Assembly (NCBI GenBank): GCA_036501665.1
Contig: DASXZW010000063.1
Location: 8,214 to 72,213, forward strand
From: Verrucomicrobiia bacterium
GTDB lineage: Bacteria > Verrucomicrobiota > Verrucomicrobiia > Limisphaerales > Palsa-1400
Reading direction: 5' to 3'
Length of the DNA stretch: 64,000 bases
Shown here one piece after another: positions 26,719-36,444 of this stretch. The notes beneath the pieces are model-generated. The model was not told the DNA's origin. It saw only the letters and a list, made by a program, of their open reading frames with translations, and made no database searches. Positions within the stretch are counted from its first letter, which is position 1; each line of letters opens with the position of its first letter. Made by a program: the position numbers and the translations under genes.

Positions 26719-27660
26719 ATGAAACAACGCATTATCCTGGCAGGCGGTTCCGGTTTTCTTGGGCAGGCTCTGGCCGCACATTTCCTGCGCCTCGATTGGG
26801 AAGTCGTTATTTTGACTCGCTCGCCCAAGCGCAGGAACGACGGCGTTGCGGAAGTTCAATGGGACGCTTGCACGCAAGGCCCTTGGCAGGAGAATTTGGA
26901 AGGCGCGGCGGCTGTGATCAATTTGACGGGGAAATCTGTCGATTGCAGATACAACGCGCGCAATCGCAAGGAAATCATGGGCTCCCGCGTCGATTCGACT
27001 CGAGTTATTGGGGAGGCAATCGGTATATGCGCGAATCCACCGCCCGTGTGGTTGAATGCGAGCACTGCCACGCTTTACCGGCACACTTTCGGCGAAGCGT
27101 GGGACGAATCCGGCGCAATGGACCCGGTTGCAGAGGCAAAAGACGCCTTTTCCGTGGAAGTCGCCAAGGCGTGGGAAAAAGCATTGGACGATGCGAAGAC
27201 GCCCCGGACACGCAAGATTCCAATGCGAATGGCGATGGTGCTTGGCATGGGGAAAAACAGTGTGTTCCCGGTGTTGCGGCGGTTGGTTCGCCTGGGACTT
27301 GGCGGAAAAATGGGGAGCGGCAAGCAATACGTCTCATGGATGCACGAGGCGGATTTTTGCCGAGCAGTGGAATGGTTAATCGAGCACAAGGAACTCAGTG
27401 GTCCGGTGAATCTTGTTGCGCCGGAGCCTGTGACGAACGCAGAAATGATGCGGCTGCTTCGGCGTGAGTGCGGCGTGCCTTTCGGATTACCGGCGGCGGA
27501 GTGGATGTTGGAAGTGGGGGCCTTTTTCCTTCGGACAGAAACAGAACTCATCCTTAAAAGCAGGCGCGTCGTTCCCGGGTGCCTTTTGAAATCGGGATTT
27601 GAATTTCAATTTTCAACCTTATCACTTGCCTTTAAGAACCTTGCAGAACGTTTGCGCTAA
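26719..27660 (+). CDS. TIGR01777-type NAD-dependent epimerase/dehydratase family protein (YfcH-like)
   Basis: RIILAGGSGFLGQAL is a Rossmann GxxGxxG motif. The C-terminal region is DUF1731-like. Confidence 0.7.
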   Translation: MKQRIILAGGSGFLGQALAAHFLRLDWEVVILTRSPKRRNDGVAEVQWDACTQGPWQENLEGAAAVINLTGKSVDCRYNARNRKEIMGSRVDSTRVIGEAIGICANPPPVWLNASTATLYRHTFGEAWDESGAMDPVAEAKDAFSVEVAKAWEKALDDAKTPRTRKIPMRMAMVLGMGKNSVFPVLRRLVRLGLGGKMGSGKQYVSWMHEADFCRAVEWLIEHKELSGPVNLVAPEPVTNAEMMRLLRRECGVPFGLPAAEWMLEVGAFFLRTETELILKSRRVVPGCLLKSGFEFQFSTLSLAFKNLAERLR

Positions 27661-27877
27661 AGCTTTAACGCATCGGAGACCCGATTTCTTGAACTTGAAT
27701 TACGGGTTCAGCGTCAAACGAAAGTGGGATTTAGGCTGAATAAGTGTTATTAAATTAAGTTAATATGCGCTTTGGATCAATTAGGAATGGTTATAGTTTT
27801 CTCCGAAAGCCTTTAAATTTCGGCAAAATTACTCATAAACATCTAATAATTAGTATCTTACGTCCGCTCGTCAACAT

Positions 27878-27906
27878 TTGACACCCTTATGCCGAACTGG
27901 TATGTT
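27878..27906 (+). promoter_or_regulatory. sigma-70-like promoter candidate for korAB
   Basis: TTGACA (27878-83), a 17-nt spacer and TATGTT (27901-06) lie inside an AT-rich 335-bp intergenic region, about 90 nt upstream of the korA ATG. Confidence 0.4.
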
Positions 27907-27995
27907 GGAGCCTGAATCCTATTCGCCTAAAAGCGAGGCTGGGGTGTCGAATGACGCGACGGTCGGGATGAATTTAAAGCACAAGGCTAGTTACA

Positions 27996-29813
27996 ATGAG
28001 TGATTCTACAATGACTGCGCCGGTCGGCGGCGCGACACCACAAGTGTCGAAAATTTCCGAAGCCGTCATCCGTTTTGCCGGCAATTCCCAGGACGGTATT
28101 CAGGCCATCGGCGGCTTTCTGGCGCGATTGGCCGGGCGCAGCGAACAAGAGGTCATGACTTTCATGACCATTCCTTCGACAATTTCCGGCGGGCCTTCGA
28201 TCTTTCAGGTGCGAATCGGCTCCGGCGAAGTCTTAAGCGCGGGCGATGACGCGGATGTGCTGGTGGCCTTTTACCAGCATTCTTACGACGGTCATATCGC
28301 GGCGGTGCGTCCGGGGGCGATTGTGCTTTACGATTCCGACCATGTTCAGCCGAATCCAGAGTTGGCAACTAAATATCGCCATATCGGTGTGCCCATTTCC
28401 AGCCGGACCGTGGAAGCCATCGGCGGCACAGCCAAGGATAAGGGGAAAAACCTTTTCACCCTGGGGTTGATCGCCCGGATGTTTGACTTGAACGTTGCAA
28501 AGCTTGAAAAGCTCATCACGGAGCGATTCGCGGGCAAGGACGAGAGCATCGTCAAGACCGCGATGTCCGCGTTCAACGCGGGTTACGGCTATTCACTCGG
28601 AAAAGTTTTTGAGACGTTCCAATTTACCGAGCCAAAGAAGAAGGACGGACACCAAGTCGTGATGACCGGCAATGAAGCGCTGGCTTACGGATTGATCGCG
28701 GCCGGAATTCGTTTTGGCGCGGCGTATCCGATTACGCCGTGGTCGGAAGTCATGGAAATTCTGCGCCGGGAATTGCCCAAATACGGCGGGACATTCGTCC
28801 AATGCGAAGACGAGATTGCCTCGGTTTGTATGGCGATCGGCGCCGGATGGGCCGGTCGCGTGGCGGTGACAGGTTCCAGCGGACCGGGAGTGGCGCTGAA
28901 GACCGAAGGCATCGGATGGGCTGTCATGGCGGAAGTGCCGCTGATCATCTGTGATGTTCAGCGTGGCGGGCCTTCGACCGGGATGCCCACGAGCGTTGAG
29001 CAATCGGATTTGAACATGGCCCTTTATGGAGGACATGGCGACGCCCCACGCGTGGTGCTTGCGCCGGGAAGCGTGGAAGATTGTTTCTACACCGCGATCG
29101 AAGCTGTGAACATCGCGCGCAAATATAATGTTCCGGTTTTCATTCTGAGCGATCAATCGATCGCGACGCGCATCGAAGCGTTTGAAGAACCGCCACTGGA
29201 AAAACTTTGCCAGGACATCAGCCCGGATCTTTCGCCGGTTAATGATTACACGCCGTATCCATTGAGCGGCGAGATTCAGCCGCGAGTGGCGCCTGGAACC
29301 CAAATTCTGAGCGGCAAATATCCGATTGCCACAGGACTTGAACACGATGAAATGGGCCATCCGACCGGCTCGCCGAAATTGCACATGCAAATGTCGGCCC
29401 GGCGTCGCCGCAAGTTGCAAAAGCTGGCCGCTGAACTGCCCAAACCTCAGATTTATGGCGCACCGGAAGGAAACGTCCTGCTCGTCGGCTGGGGTTCGAC
29501 CCTGGGGCCGATCCGGGAAGCGGTGGAACGCGCCCGCGCGGCTGGGAACAGTGTTTCCGCTCTGCACCTGCGGCACATCAGTCCGTTGCCAAACGGATTG
29601 GAAGATATTTTTGCGGGGTTCAACGAAATTGTCGTGGTTGAGATGAACGATGAGGGGCTTTACGGCTACGGCCAGCTTGGGGCGCTTTTGCGCGCTCGTT
29701 ATGCCTCGCCGAAAATCCGCGGACTGAACAAGACCGACGGTTTGACCTGGCGCGTGCGCGAAATCCTGGAAGGCGTCAAGAAGGACGTGGCCGCCGGACT
29801 GCGCAAACTGTAA
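27996..29813 (+). CDS. korA: 2-oxoacid:acceptor (ferredoxin) oxidoreductase subunit alpha
   Basis: GNEALAYGLIAAGIRFGAAYPITPWSE and the overall length and architecture fit the fused KorA-type alpha subunit. Confidence 0.85.
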   Translation: MSDSTMTAPVGGATPQVSKISEAVIRFAGNSQDGIQAIGGFLARLAGRSEQEVMTFMTIPSTISGGPSIFQVRIGSGEVLSAGDDADVLVAFYQHSYDGHIAAVRPGAIVLYDSDHVQPNPELATKYRHIGVPISSRTVEAIGGTAKDKGKNLFTLGLIARMFDLNVAKLEKLITERFAGKDESIVKTAMSAFNAGYGYSLGKVFETFQFTEPKKKDGHQVVMTGNEALAYGLIAAGIRFGAAYPITPWSEVMEILRRELPKYGGTFVQCEDEIASVCMAIGAGWAGRVAVTGSSGPGVALKTEGIGWAVMAEVPLIICDVQRGGPSTGMPTSVEQSDLNMALYGGHGDAPRVVLAPGSVEDCFYTAIEAVNIARKYNVPVFILSDQSIATRIEAFEEPPLEKLCQDISPDLSPVNDYTPYPLSGEIQPRVAPGTQILSGKYPIATGLEHDEMGHPTGSPKLHMQMSARRRRKLQKLAAELPKPQIYGAPEGNVLLVGWGSTLGPIREAVERARAAGNSVSALHLRHISPLPNGLEDIFAGFNEIVVVEMNDEGLYGYGQLGALLRARYASPKIRGLNKTDGLTWRVREILEGVKKDVAAGLRKL

Positions 29814-29841
29814 ACTTTAAAATTTCAAAGATAATTTATTT

Positions 29842-30783
29842 ATGAGTGAAGCAACAATTCAAGTTCCGCAACGAGGCAATATTACTTCCGTTCCAGGCAT
29901 TCCCGGGACCGAACGCAAGCCGCTGACCAAAAAAGAAATCTCCGCCGATCACCCGACATGGTGCCCCGGCTGCGGGGACTTTTCCGTTCTCGCGCTTTAT
30001 TTCAAATTGATTGAAAAGCGCAAGATGTGGCACGAGAAAATTGCGACGGTGGCGGGCATTGGCTGCTCCAGCCGGTTTCCGTATTTCGTGCAGGCGCACG
30101 GAGCGCATTTCATCCACGGACGCGCGCTGCCGTTCGCAAGCGGCATCTCACTGACGCGACCGGACTTGCACCTGTTTGTTTTTGGCGGCGACGGCGACGC
30201 GTTTTCCATCGGTGGAAATCACTTAAACCATTGCGCGCGCAAGAACATTAAGATGACGTATGTCGTCATGGACAACTGGGTTTACGGTTTGACGAAAAAG
30301 CAGACTTCGCCAACGTCACCGCTCGGTTTCAAGAGCAAGACGGACACTTGGGGCGCGGTTGACCGACCGATCAATCCGATGAAGCAGTTGATCTCTGCAG
30401 GCGCAAGTTTTGTCTCGCGCGCGACGCACACGAATCCGAATCATCTTCTTCAGATGATGGAAGCGGCGATGGACCACGACGGTTTCAGCGTGATCGAATG
30501 CCTGAGCGAATGCGTGGAGTTTTACGAAGGCGCATTCGATGCGTCCAACCCGCGCAAGGGCGGGAAATTTGAACTGGTTCCCGCAGACCATGACGTGAAG
30601 GATGAAGTCGCCGCTTACAGACTAGCTGACGCGGCCTTCCCGGGATATTTCGGAATTTTCTACAAATCCGATCGCCCGACGAAGAACAAGCTTGAGGCCG
30701 ACATCAACGCCCAGGCGCGCCAGAAAGTCGCAGGAAAGAAAGATTGGGAAATCCTGCAAGGGACCTTTAATCGATTGAAATAA
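29842..30783 (+). CDS. korB: 2-oxoacid:ferredoxin oxidoreductase subunit beta (TPP-binding)
   Basis: The signatures WCPGCGDFSVL, GIGCSSRFP and FGGDGDAFSIGGNH are present. Confidence 0.85.
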   Translation: MSEATIQVPQRGNITSVPGIPGTERKPLTKKEISADHPTWCPGCGDFSVLALYFKLIEKRKMWHEKIATVAGIGCSSRFPYFVQAHGAHFIHGRALPFASGISLTRPDLHLFVFGGDGDAFSIGGNHLNHCARKNIKMTYVVMDNWVYGLTKKQTSPTSPLGFKSKTDTWGAVDRPINPMKQLISAGASFVSRATHTNPNHLLQMMEAAMDHDGFSVIECLSECVEFYEGAFDASNPRKGGKFELVPADHDVKDEVAAYRLADAAFPGYFGIFYKSDRPTKNKLEADINAQARQKVAGKKDWEILQGTFNRLK

Positions 30784-30824
30784 TTCGCTTGCGTCTCGGA
30801 CAGAAAGTTTTTGAAAGTAATCAA

Positions 30825-30898
30825 CCACGGATCACACGGAATTCACGGATAAAGAATCTGGATCTTTTTTCCATCCGTGGTTTCCGTGAAATCCGTGG
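30825..30898. terminator. 26-bp-arm palindrome between convergent genes (bidirectional terminator candidate / REP-like element)
   Basis: CCACGGATCACACGGAATTCACGGAT (30825-50) faces ATCCGTGGTTTCCGTGAAATCCGTGG (30873-98) with 4 mismatches. The arms are built from CACGGAT heptamers, and T-rich tracts follow on the plus strand. Confidence 0.5.
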
Positions 30899-30934
30899 TC
30901 ATTTTCTTTTCCGTCATTACCTCGTCGAGATGCA

Positions 30935-33232
30935 TCATGGATTGATCCGGTTCAGGACTTTGGTTGCTGAATCGAGGAGTTTTGATTCGGCATCCAAAGC
31001 TTTGGCGACGCGCGTGATTTCTTTTTCGGCTTCGGCGTAGCGGCCCATTTCGATTCCTTCGCGGACACCGGGAAGCGTTTTGGAGCCGTACCCGGAATAA
31101 ACGCCGGGCGCGTAAAGAAGATGTTTGTACCACGGGCGGCGAGGCAGTCCGGCGGGGTCGAGGAATGACCGTTCAGCCTGGAGCAGGATGCCGTTCAGTT
31201 CTTCGACGGCAGCGGCGTTCGCGGGATCGCCGAATTTCGGTTGCGCGGCGGCGATGGCTTTCTGGAAATGCTTGGCAGCGGAAGTCAATGTCCTCACGGA
31301 GTTTTCAAGCGGGGCAAAATTTATTTCCGGCGGCATCGCTTCAACTTCGGGTGGCCCTTTCGGGTGTTGTGGATCTGAGATGGCGGAAAAAACTCCATCC
31401 TCGATTTCCAAATTTCGTTCTTCAATGTCTCCCTGTTTGTGCTTGAGGAGATTTTGGAGATCGTCGGCGTACTTGGCGACAGTGCCCGCAAGGTCGTTGA
31501 ATTCATATGGAATCACCTCGGCATCCGCGAGGCGCAACACTGTGTCGCCGATTGTCTGTGACAGAGCCTTTCCAAAGCCAAAGTTCGTGTCCGCGTAATG
31601 GGTGTACCAATAAAAATCGTCGTAGATCGAATGGTAAACTCCCTCTTCGTGACTTTCGCCGTGGAACTCGACGTTTAGACTTGGAACGCCCACAAAATCC
31701 AGGAAGCCGGTGTAATCGCTGCCAGACCCGAGCGCGTCAAGTTGAAGATCGGTGTGATCGCGAATTTCACGCCGCTCAGCGACGTTGCCCGCGCCCGCAA
31801 TGCGTGAAGCCTGGACCCGCTTCCAAATATTCATATTGACTTCAGGATCGGCAATGTCATGGGCGACCGTGTTGATCAGGTTTTCCAAAATGTGCGAGCC
31901 TTCGAGATTCAGAAAACCGCGCCCGGTGTCGTCAGAATTGACATAAGCGACGGCGTGCTGGCGAAGTTCGTCGGCGTGCGTTTCGACCCATTCGGTGGAA
32001 CCGAGCAGCATCGGCTCCTCGCCGTCCCACGAGCAATAGATGATCGTGCGGCGGGGCTTCCAACCTTGTTGCGCAAGATGGCCGAGAGCGCGAGCCTCTT
32101 CGAGCAGGCAGACCTGGCCGGAAATCGGGTCGTAAGCGCCATTGACCCAGGCGTCGTAATGATTGCCTCGAACAACCCATTCATCGGCGGCAACGCCACC
32201 GGGCAAGCGGCTGATGACATCATAAACGGGCTTGATATCCCAATTGAATTCGAGCTTGAGGTGAACTTTCGCGGGGCCGGGACCCAGATGGTAAGTGATC
32301 GGCAGAGCGCCGCGCCAACCGTCGGGCGCGGGCGGGCCTTTAAGTTGAGAGAGCAACGGCAGCGCGTCGCCACTGGAAATGGGAAGGACAGGAATTTTGG
32401 TGATCGCGGTGGCTTCCTTGAGCGAAAGGCGTTTGGCTCCGGGAACCGCGCCGTAACCGGGCGTCAACGGATCGCCCGGACTCGTCGAAGGAAAATCCAT
32501 CGCGCTGCCGCGTTGAACGCCGTTTGTGTTGCGCATGGGGCCGTTGGGAAAAACGTCGTCCACGGAATAGCCGTCGTCCTTCGGGTCAGAGAATAGAATG
32601 CAGCCCACTGCGCCGTGCTCTGCGGCGACCTTGGGTTTGATGCCGCGCCACGACTGGCCGTATTTGGCGATGACAATCGCGCCCTTAACCGAGATGCCCA
32701 AACGGGCCAACTCCTTGTAATCATCCGGCAAACCATAATTGACATAAACCAGCGGGGCGGTCACGTCACCGTCGGTGGAGTAAGCGTTGTAGGTCGGCAG
32801 TTGTTCGGATGATTGACTTGAAGTGGGATCGACGTCCTGCGGCAATTCGCGCAGCAGCGCCGTGTATTGGACAGGATCGGTCATTTCGAGGACGCGGGTC
32901 TTTGGAGTGGGAAAGAGAACGTCGAATTGCTCAATGGTGGAATCCCATCCCCACGCGGTCATTTGCGAATGAATCCATTCGGCGTTTTCTTTCTGATACG
33001 GCGAGCCGACGTGATGCGGGTGGGCGGTAAGGCGCTCCATGTATTGACGGAGATTCGCGGGATCGGGCATGGCGCGAAAAGTCGATTCAAGTTGGAGTTC
33101 GGATTCGGAATTGGTCGGGGAAAAACCGTAGAGCGCCGCGGCGTCTGCGGCTTGCGCGCCCGGGTGAATGCTTATGAAAACCAACAGTGCGATTGAAGCG
33201 GCAAGAAAACTCGGAGGTTGCGATATATTCAT
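30935..33232 (-). CDS. M28 family metallopeptidase, glutamate carboxypeptidase II-like (PA domain plus transferrin-receptor-like dimerisation domain)
   Basis: It has a signal peptide. IIYCSWDGEEPMLLGSTEW resembles the GCPII zinc-ligand segment. The length is typical for the family. Confidence 0.8.
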   Translation of the reverse strand: MNISQPPSFLAASIALLVFISIHPGAQAADAAALYGFSPTNSESELQLESTFRAMPDPANLRQYMERLTAHPHHVGSPYQKENAEWIHSQMTAWGWDSTIEQFDVLFPTPKTRVLEMTDPVQYTALLRELPQDVDPTSSQSSEQLPTYNAYSTDGDVTAPLVYVNYGLPDDYKELARLGISVKGAIVIAKYGQSWRGIKPKVAAEHGAVGCILFSDPKDDGYSVDDVFPNGPMRNTNGVQRGSAMDFPSTSPGDPLTPGYGAVPGAKRLSLKEATAITKIPVLPISSGDALPLLSQLKGPPAPDGWRGALPITYHLGPGPAKVHLKLEFNWDIKPVYDVISRLPGGVAADEWVVRGNHYDAWVNGAYDPISGQVCLLEEARALGHLAQQGWKPRRTIIYCSWDGEEPMLLGSTEWVETHADELRQHAVAYVNSDDTGRGFLNLEGSHILENLINTVAHDIADPEVNMNIWKRVQASRIAGAGNVAERREIRDHTDLQLDALGSGSDYTGFLDFVGVPSLNVEFHGESHEEGVYHSIYDDFYWYTHYADTNFGFGKALSQTIGDTVLRLADAEVIPYEFNDLAGTVAKYADDLQNLLKHKQGDIEERNLEIEDGVFSAISDPQHPKGPPEVEAMPPEINFAPLENSVRTLTSAAKHFQKAIAAAQPKFGDPANAAAVEELNGILLQAERSFLDPAGLPRRPWYKHLLYAPGVYSGYGSKTLPGVREGIEMGRYAEAEKEITRVAKALDAESKLLDSATKVLNRINP

Positions 33233-33274
33233 ATGTGCTGGTTTTCACCTTAACCTGCCGCGCGCGACAATGCG

Positions 33275-33316
33275 GAGATTAGGATTAAGATTATGAGTAG
33301 GATTAGGAGGAAAAGG
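33275..33316. repeat. purine-rich AGGATTA-type heptamer low-complexity tract
   Basis: GAGATTAGGATTAAGATTATGAGTAGGATTAGGAGGAAAAGG lies between two minus-strand genes. Confidence 0.5.
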
Positions 33317-33324
33317 CCCTGCGC

Positions 33325-34887
33325 TCAATCCTTTTCGGGCGGGAGCGTTTTCACATAGGCGGACCAAAGCGGGACGGCGACGTAAAGTTCCATGAAGACG
33401 TTCGGTCGCAATTGATAAAAGCCGGCCATCAAATGAGTTTTGTCAGGGCGCTCGTCGAACGCCGCGTGAAGATCGGTAGAGACGATCATGATCGGAGCGA
33501 GCGGCTGCTTCGGGATTTCGTCCCAATAACCGACTTGCGTGAACCGGCGCAAATACCACGGCAACGGCCAGTAGCTTTGGGGCGCCATGACTTCCACGTC
33601 GGTTTTGTAACCGTTTGTTGACACATGCGCGATGGCATCGACAGTATTGACAAGTTGAAGGACGTCCGGCGAGGTCTGGCTGTAAACGTACGGGTTCTTC
33701 GGGCTTGAACAGTAAGCGACCCCGGCGTGGTCGGTTCCGAAATTCTCGCGGTAGGTCTGCCAGCCAAGCTGCGCTGTGCCGGCGAGAAGCGCAAGGGCCA
33801 CGATCGCTTTTATGGGAAGCGACTTTGCCATGCGCAGAATGAAAGCCGCGCCGATGCCAGCCAACAGAATTGCTCCGTGATAAAACCCGAGCAAACACCA
33901 GGGCGTTTTGTAGGCAAGCCCGGTGTAAATCAGAGTCAACCAGAAAGTATAAAATGCGAGCAGACGCGGGAACAATCGGGAAGGGCCGAAGAGCGCGACA
34001 AAAAAGCCAATCGTTGCAAGAACCGCTATAAATAATTCCGTCCAGACCGGACCGCCAGCGTTGCGGAACCAAATGAGCCGGTGGAAATAAAACGTCCACG
34101 AATGCGCGTGAATCGTTTGCCCGCCCGCCCGCCGAATCCAGGGAATATACGTTCGTATGGCGTCAAGAAGTCCGGAGGAATTTGTGAAAAATGACGAAAA
34201 GAACAATGCCACAACAGTCAGCGCAGCCAGCAGTGCAAAGACGAAATGGCTCCATTTTCCCCGCCACTGCGAGCGGTCGTTTGTATTCACTCCTCGCAAG
34301 CGAGTCCACGCCGAAGATGACACAATTGCCAGCATAAGCGCCGCAATTGTAAAGACGAACGTTTCCTTTGTCGCCGCCATGAGGCCGAGTCCTGCCCCGG
34401 CGGTGAGCGCCCAGATCAATTTGCCGGTTCCCGCGTATCGCCAGCTTGCGAAAAAAGTCAGCGCGGTGAAAAAAACCAAGAGCATTTCATGGATGTAGTA
34501 GCGGCTATAAAAAACCATCGCGGGTGAGATGGCGATCAGCGCGGCGGCCCATAGCGTTTCGGTTTTTCCAAAATCCGGCAGCAACAACATCAGCAGAATC
34601 AAACCGACGCCAAAGATCGCCGGCACAGCGCGATAAGTCGCTTCGCCGAACAGATTAAAGTCGCGCGCGCCGCTCAGAAATGCGGCGGGAAGAGTGAAAT
34701 AGGGAAGGGTCGGGCCGTGAAATTCGTTCGGGTCGTATTTGTAATTATTATCGACCCAGAGGGCGCGAAATTTCATCGCGTTGACACCCTCATCGTTGTG
34801 CATCGGGCGCAGCGCCAATTTCGGAAGGCGCAATCCCAATCCCACGACGGCCAGAAATACCAGGGCCGCTACGACCCAGCGGTTCAT
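33325..34887 (-). CDS. GT39/ArnT-like polytopic membrane glycosyltransferase (TIGR03663-like)
   Basis: It has many TM helices. The N-terminal segment LRPMHNDEGVNAMKF...YDPNEFHGPTLPYF is typical of this family. ATG 34887 overlaps the upstream stop as ATGA. Confidence 0.65.
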   Translation of the reverse strand: MNRWVVAALVFLAVVGLGLRLPKLALRPMHNDEGVNAMKFRALWVDNNYKYDPNEFHGPTLPYFTLPAAFLSGARDFNLFGEATYRAVPAIFGVGLILLMLLLPDFGKTETLWAAALIAISPAMVFYSRYYIHEMLLVFFTALTFFASWRYAGTGKLIWALTAGAGLGLMAATKETFVFTIAALMLAIVSSSAWTRLRGVNTNDRSQWRGKWSHFVFALLAALTVVALFFSSFFTNSSGLLDAIRTYIPWIRRAGGQTIHAHSWTFYFHRLIWFRNAGGPVWTELFIAVLATIGFFVALFGPSRLFPRLLAFYTFWLTLIYTGLAYKTPWCLLGFYHGAILLAGIGAAFILRMAKSLPIKAIVALALLAGTAQLGWQTYRENFGTDHAGVAYCSSPKNPYVYSQTSPDVLQLVNTVDAIAHVSTNGYKTDVEVMAPQSYWPLPWYLRRFTQVGYWDEIPKQPLAPIMIVSTDLHAAFDERPDKTHLMAGFYQLRPNVFMELYVAVPLWSAYVKTLPPEKD

Positions 34888-35555
34888 GAAGCCGGCAGGC
34901 CCCAAGCCTCGACTTCGATATAGGTATTCAGCGCGTTGTCGGTGCTGCCTTTGCTGTAGCAGCGGACGTAACGGGCTTTGGCGCCTTTTGCGTCAATCAA
35001 TTTTCCCGCGCCGGTCAGAGAATTTTCAAAATATTCGCGGTCGGTGCCGATGCCGAGGCCGGCGGCGTTCTTGGAATCATTATTGAAGAGAGTCGTCACG
35101 CCGTTGACAAACTCCGGGTCATCGGAAAGTTGCACAATGACGTCGCGGCAGACGATGGGGGTGGTGAAATCATGCCAAAGCATAATCGCGTAAAGATTAA
35201 ATTCCGCCTGAAGATCAATCTGGATCCATGTTACGCCCTTGCGCAGGGTGACGACATTTTCCTCGTAAGCCTGCTTTTTGCCGTCGGTGATTTGTTTCAG
35301 TTCGCCGGCGATGAGATTCGGATGGCTCGCAGTGACGGGCTTGTTCAGTGCGACATTGGCGCAACCTTTGGGAGCCATGAATGCCGGGCGCGGTTTGTCA
35401 TCGAGGGGCAGGGCGGTGGTGTTGGTCGGCAACGCTTGCGGCGTTCCTTTCATCGCGGGAGGAGGCAACACCAGTGGCAAGGGCGCCAAATCATCTGCCG
35501 TCACCTGGTAAACCGCGCCCACCGACAAAATCGTCAGCAAAAGTACATTTTTCAT
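34884..35555 (-). CDS. secreted discoidin (F5/8 type C) domain protein
   Basis: It has a signal peptide. NVALNKPVTAS...ITDG...WIQIDL...YAIMLWH...YVRCY follows the galactose-binding-like pattern. Confidence 0.65.
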   Translation of the reverse strand: MKNVLLLTILSVGAVYQVTADDLAPLPLVLPPPAMKGTPQALPTNTTALPLDDKPRPAFMAPKGCANVALNKPVTASHPNLIAGELKQITDGKKQAYEENVVTLRKGVTWIQIDLQAEFNLYAIMLWHDFTTPIVCRDVIVQLSDDPEFVNGVTTLFNNDSKNAAGLGIGTDREYFENSLTGAGKLIDAKGAKARYVRCYSKGSTDNALNTYIEVEAWGLPAS

Positions 35556-35613
35556 TTATTCAGAATTAACAAGGCCGAGCCTTGGATAAAAGCGCAAAGT
35601 GAAATTCGAGGCA

Positions 35614-36410
35614 TTATTCCTGGGTCAACTGGCCATAATAGACGAGCGTGTTGTAGTCGAAAGTCACCTTGCCGCCGGATTCGTATTTATCAAAAATGAC
35701 GCGCAGGTCCCGGAGCATCGGCTCGTATTTCGGATGTCCTTGTTCGGGTATGTAAGACGAGGATAGCAACCGCCCGGTCAACGCCGCCAAATCCATGATT
35801 TGCGAATTTGGGATTGCGGCCTCTGTGAAAGCGTTTGGGAAAAAGAACGCAGCGATGGCCGCCGGGTCGATGTTGCGATGGTTGACTTTGGTGTAGTCAT
35901 CCCCATAAGTCAACAATAGGCTCTCGTATGCCTCCAGAAATGGTTTTTCCGTTTTTCGGTCGTTCCAAATCAGCGCGACGTGTCCGCCTGGTTTAAGAAT
36001 TCGGACGAACTCGCTTCGGGCTTTGGCCGCATCAAACCAATGAAATGCCTGCGCCGCCGTAATCAGGTTGACCGAGTGATCCTTAAGGGTTATTGACTCA
36101 GCGGTTCCATTCACGCTGTGGAACATTGTCGTCCCGCGAGCAGTTTTTCCCCCGCCTCGCGCATGGGGCCATTAGGCTCGATTCCGAAAACGCTGGCGCC
36201 GCTCTTCAGCAACAAATCGGTCAAAATGCCCGTTCCTGAACCGATGTCCGCGACGACAGAACCCGCGCCAAGCTGGCATTCGCGTTGAAGCAATTCGATC
36301 AATCCAGCAGGATACCCCGGCCGGAACTTGACGTAATTCTCGACTCGGTTGGAAAACCGTTCAGTTGAACGCATGACTACTACTTTGGCGGCGTTTTGCC
36401 GCTCTGGCAA
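35614..36410 (-). pseudogene. class I SAM-dependent methyltransferase interrupted by a 1-nt frameshift
   Basis: ORF 36111..36410 carries motif I (VADIGSGTGILT). ORF 35614..36126 continues the same fold (AAQAFHWFD, LKPGGHVALIW). The two frames overlap at 36111-36126. Confidence 0.7.
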
Positions 36411-36444
36411 TTCGCAATCAGACCGATTGCTTTTTCCGCACTGG

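Noticed and set aside
26575-27327. A 250-aa minus-strand ORF.
   Set aside because: It is antisense to the YfcH-like epimerase-family gene and shows no motif support.
28593-29576. A 327-aa minus-strand ORF.
   Set aside because: It is antisense to korA and has Arg-rich shadow-frame composition.
30789-31133. The short ORFs 30789..31040 (+) and 30843..31133 (-).
   Set aside because: Both are generated by reading through the heptamer palindrome and the 3' end of the M28 peptidase gene. Their peptide sequences are repeat-derived (RITRNSRI / IRGFREIRG).
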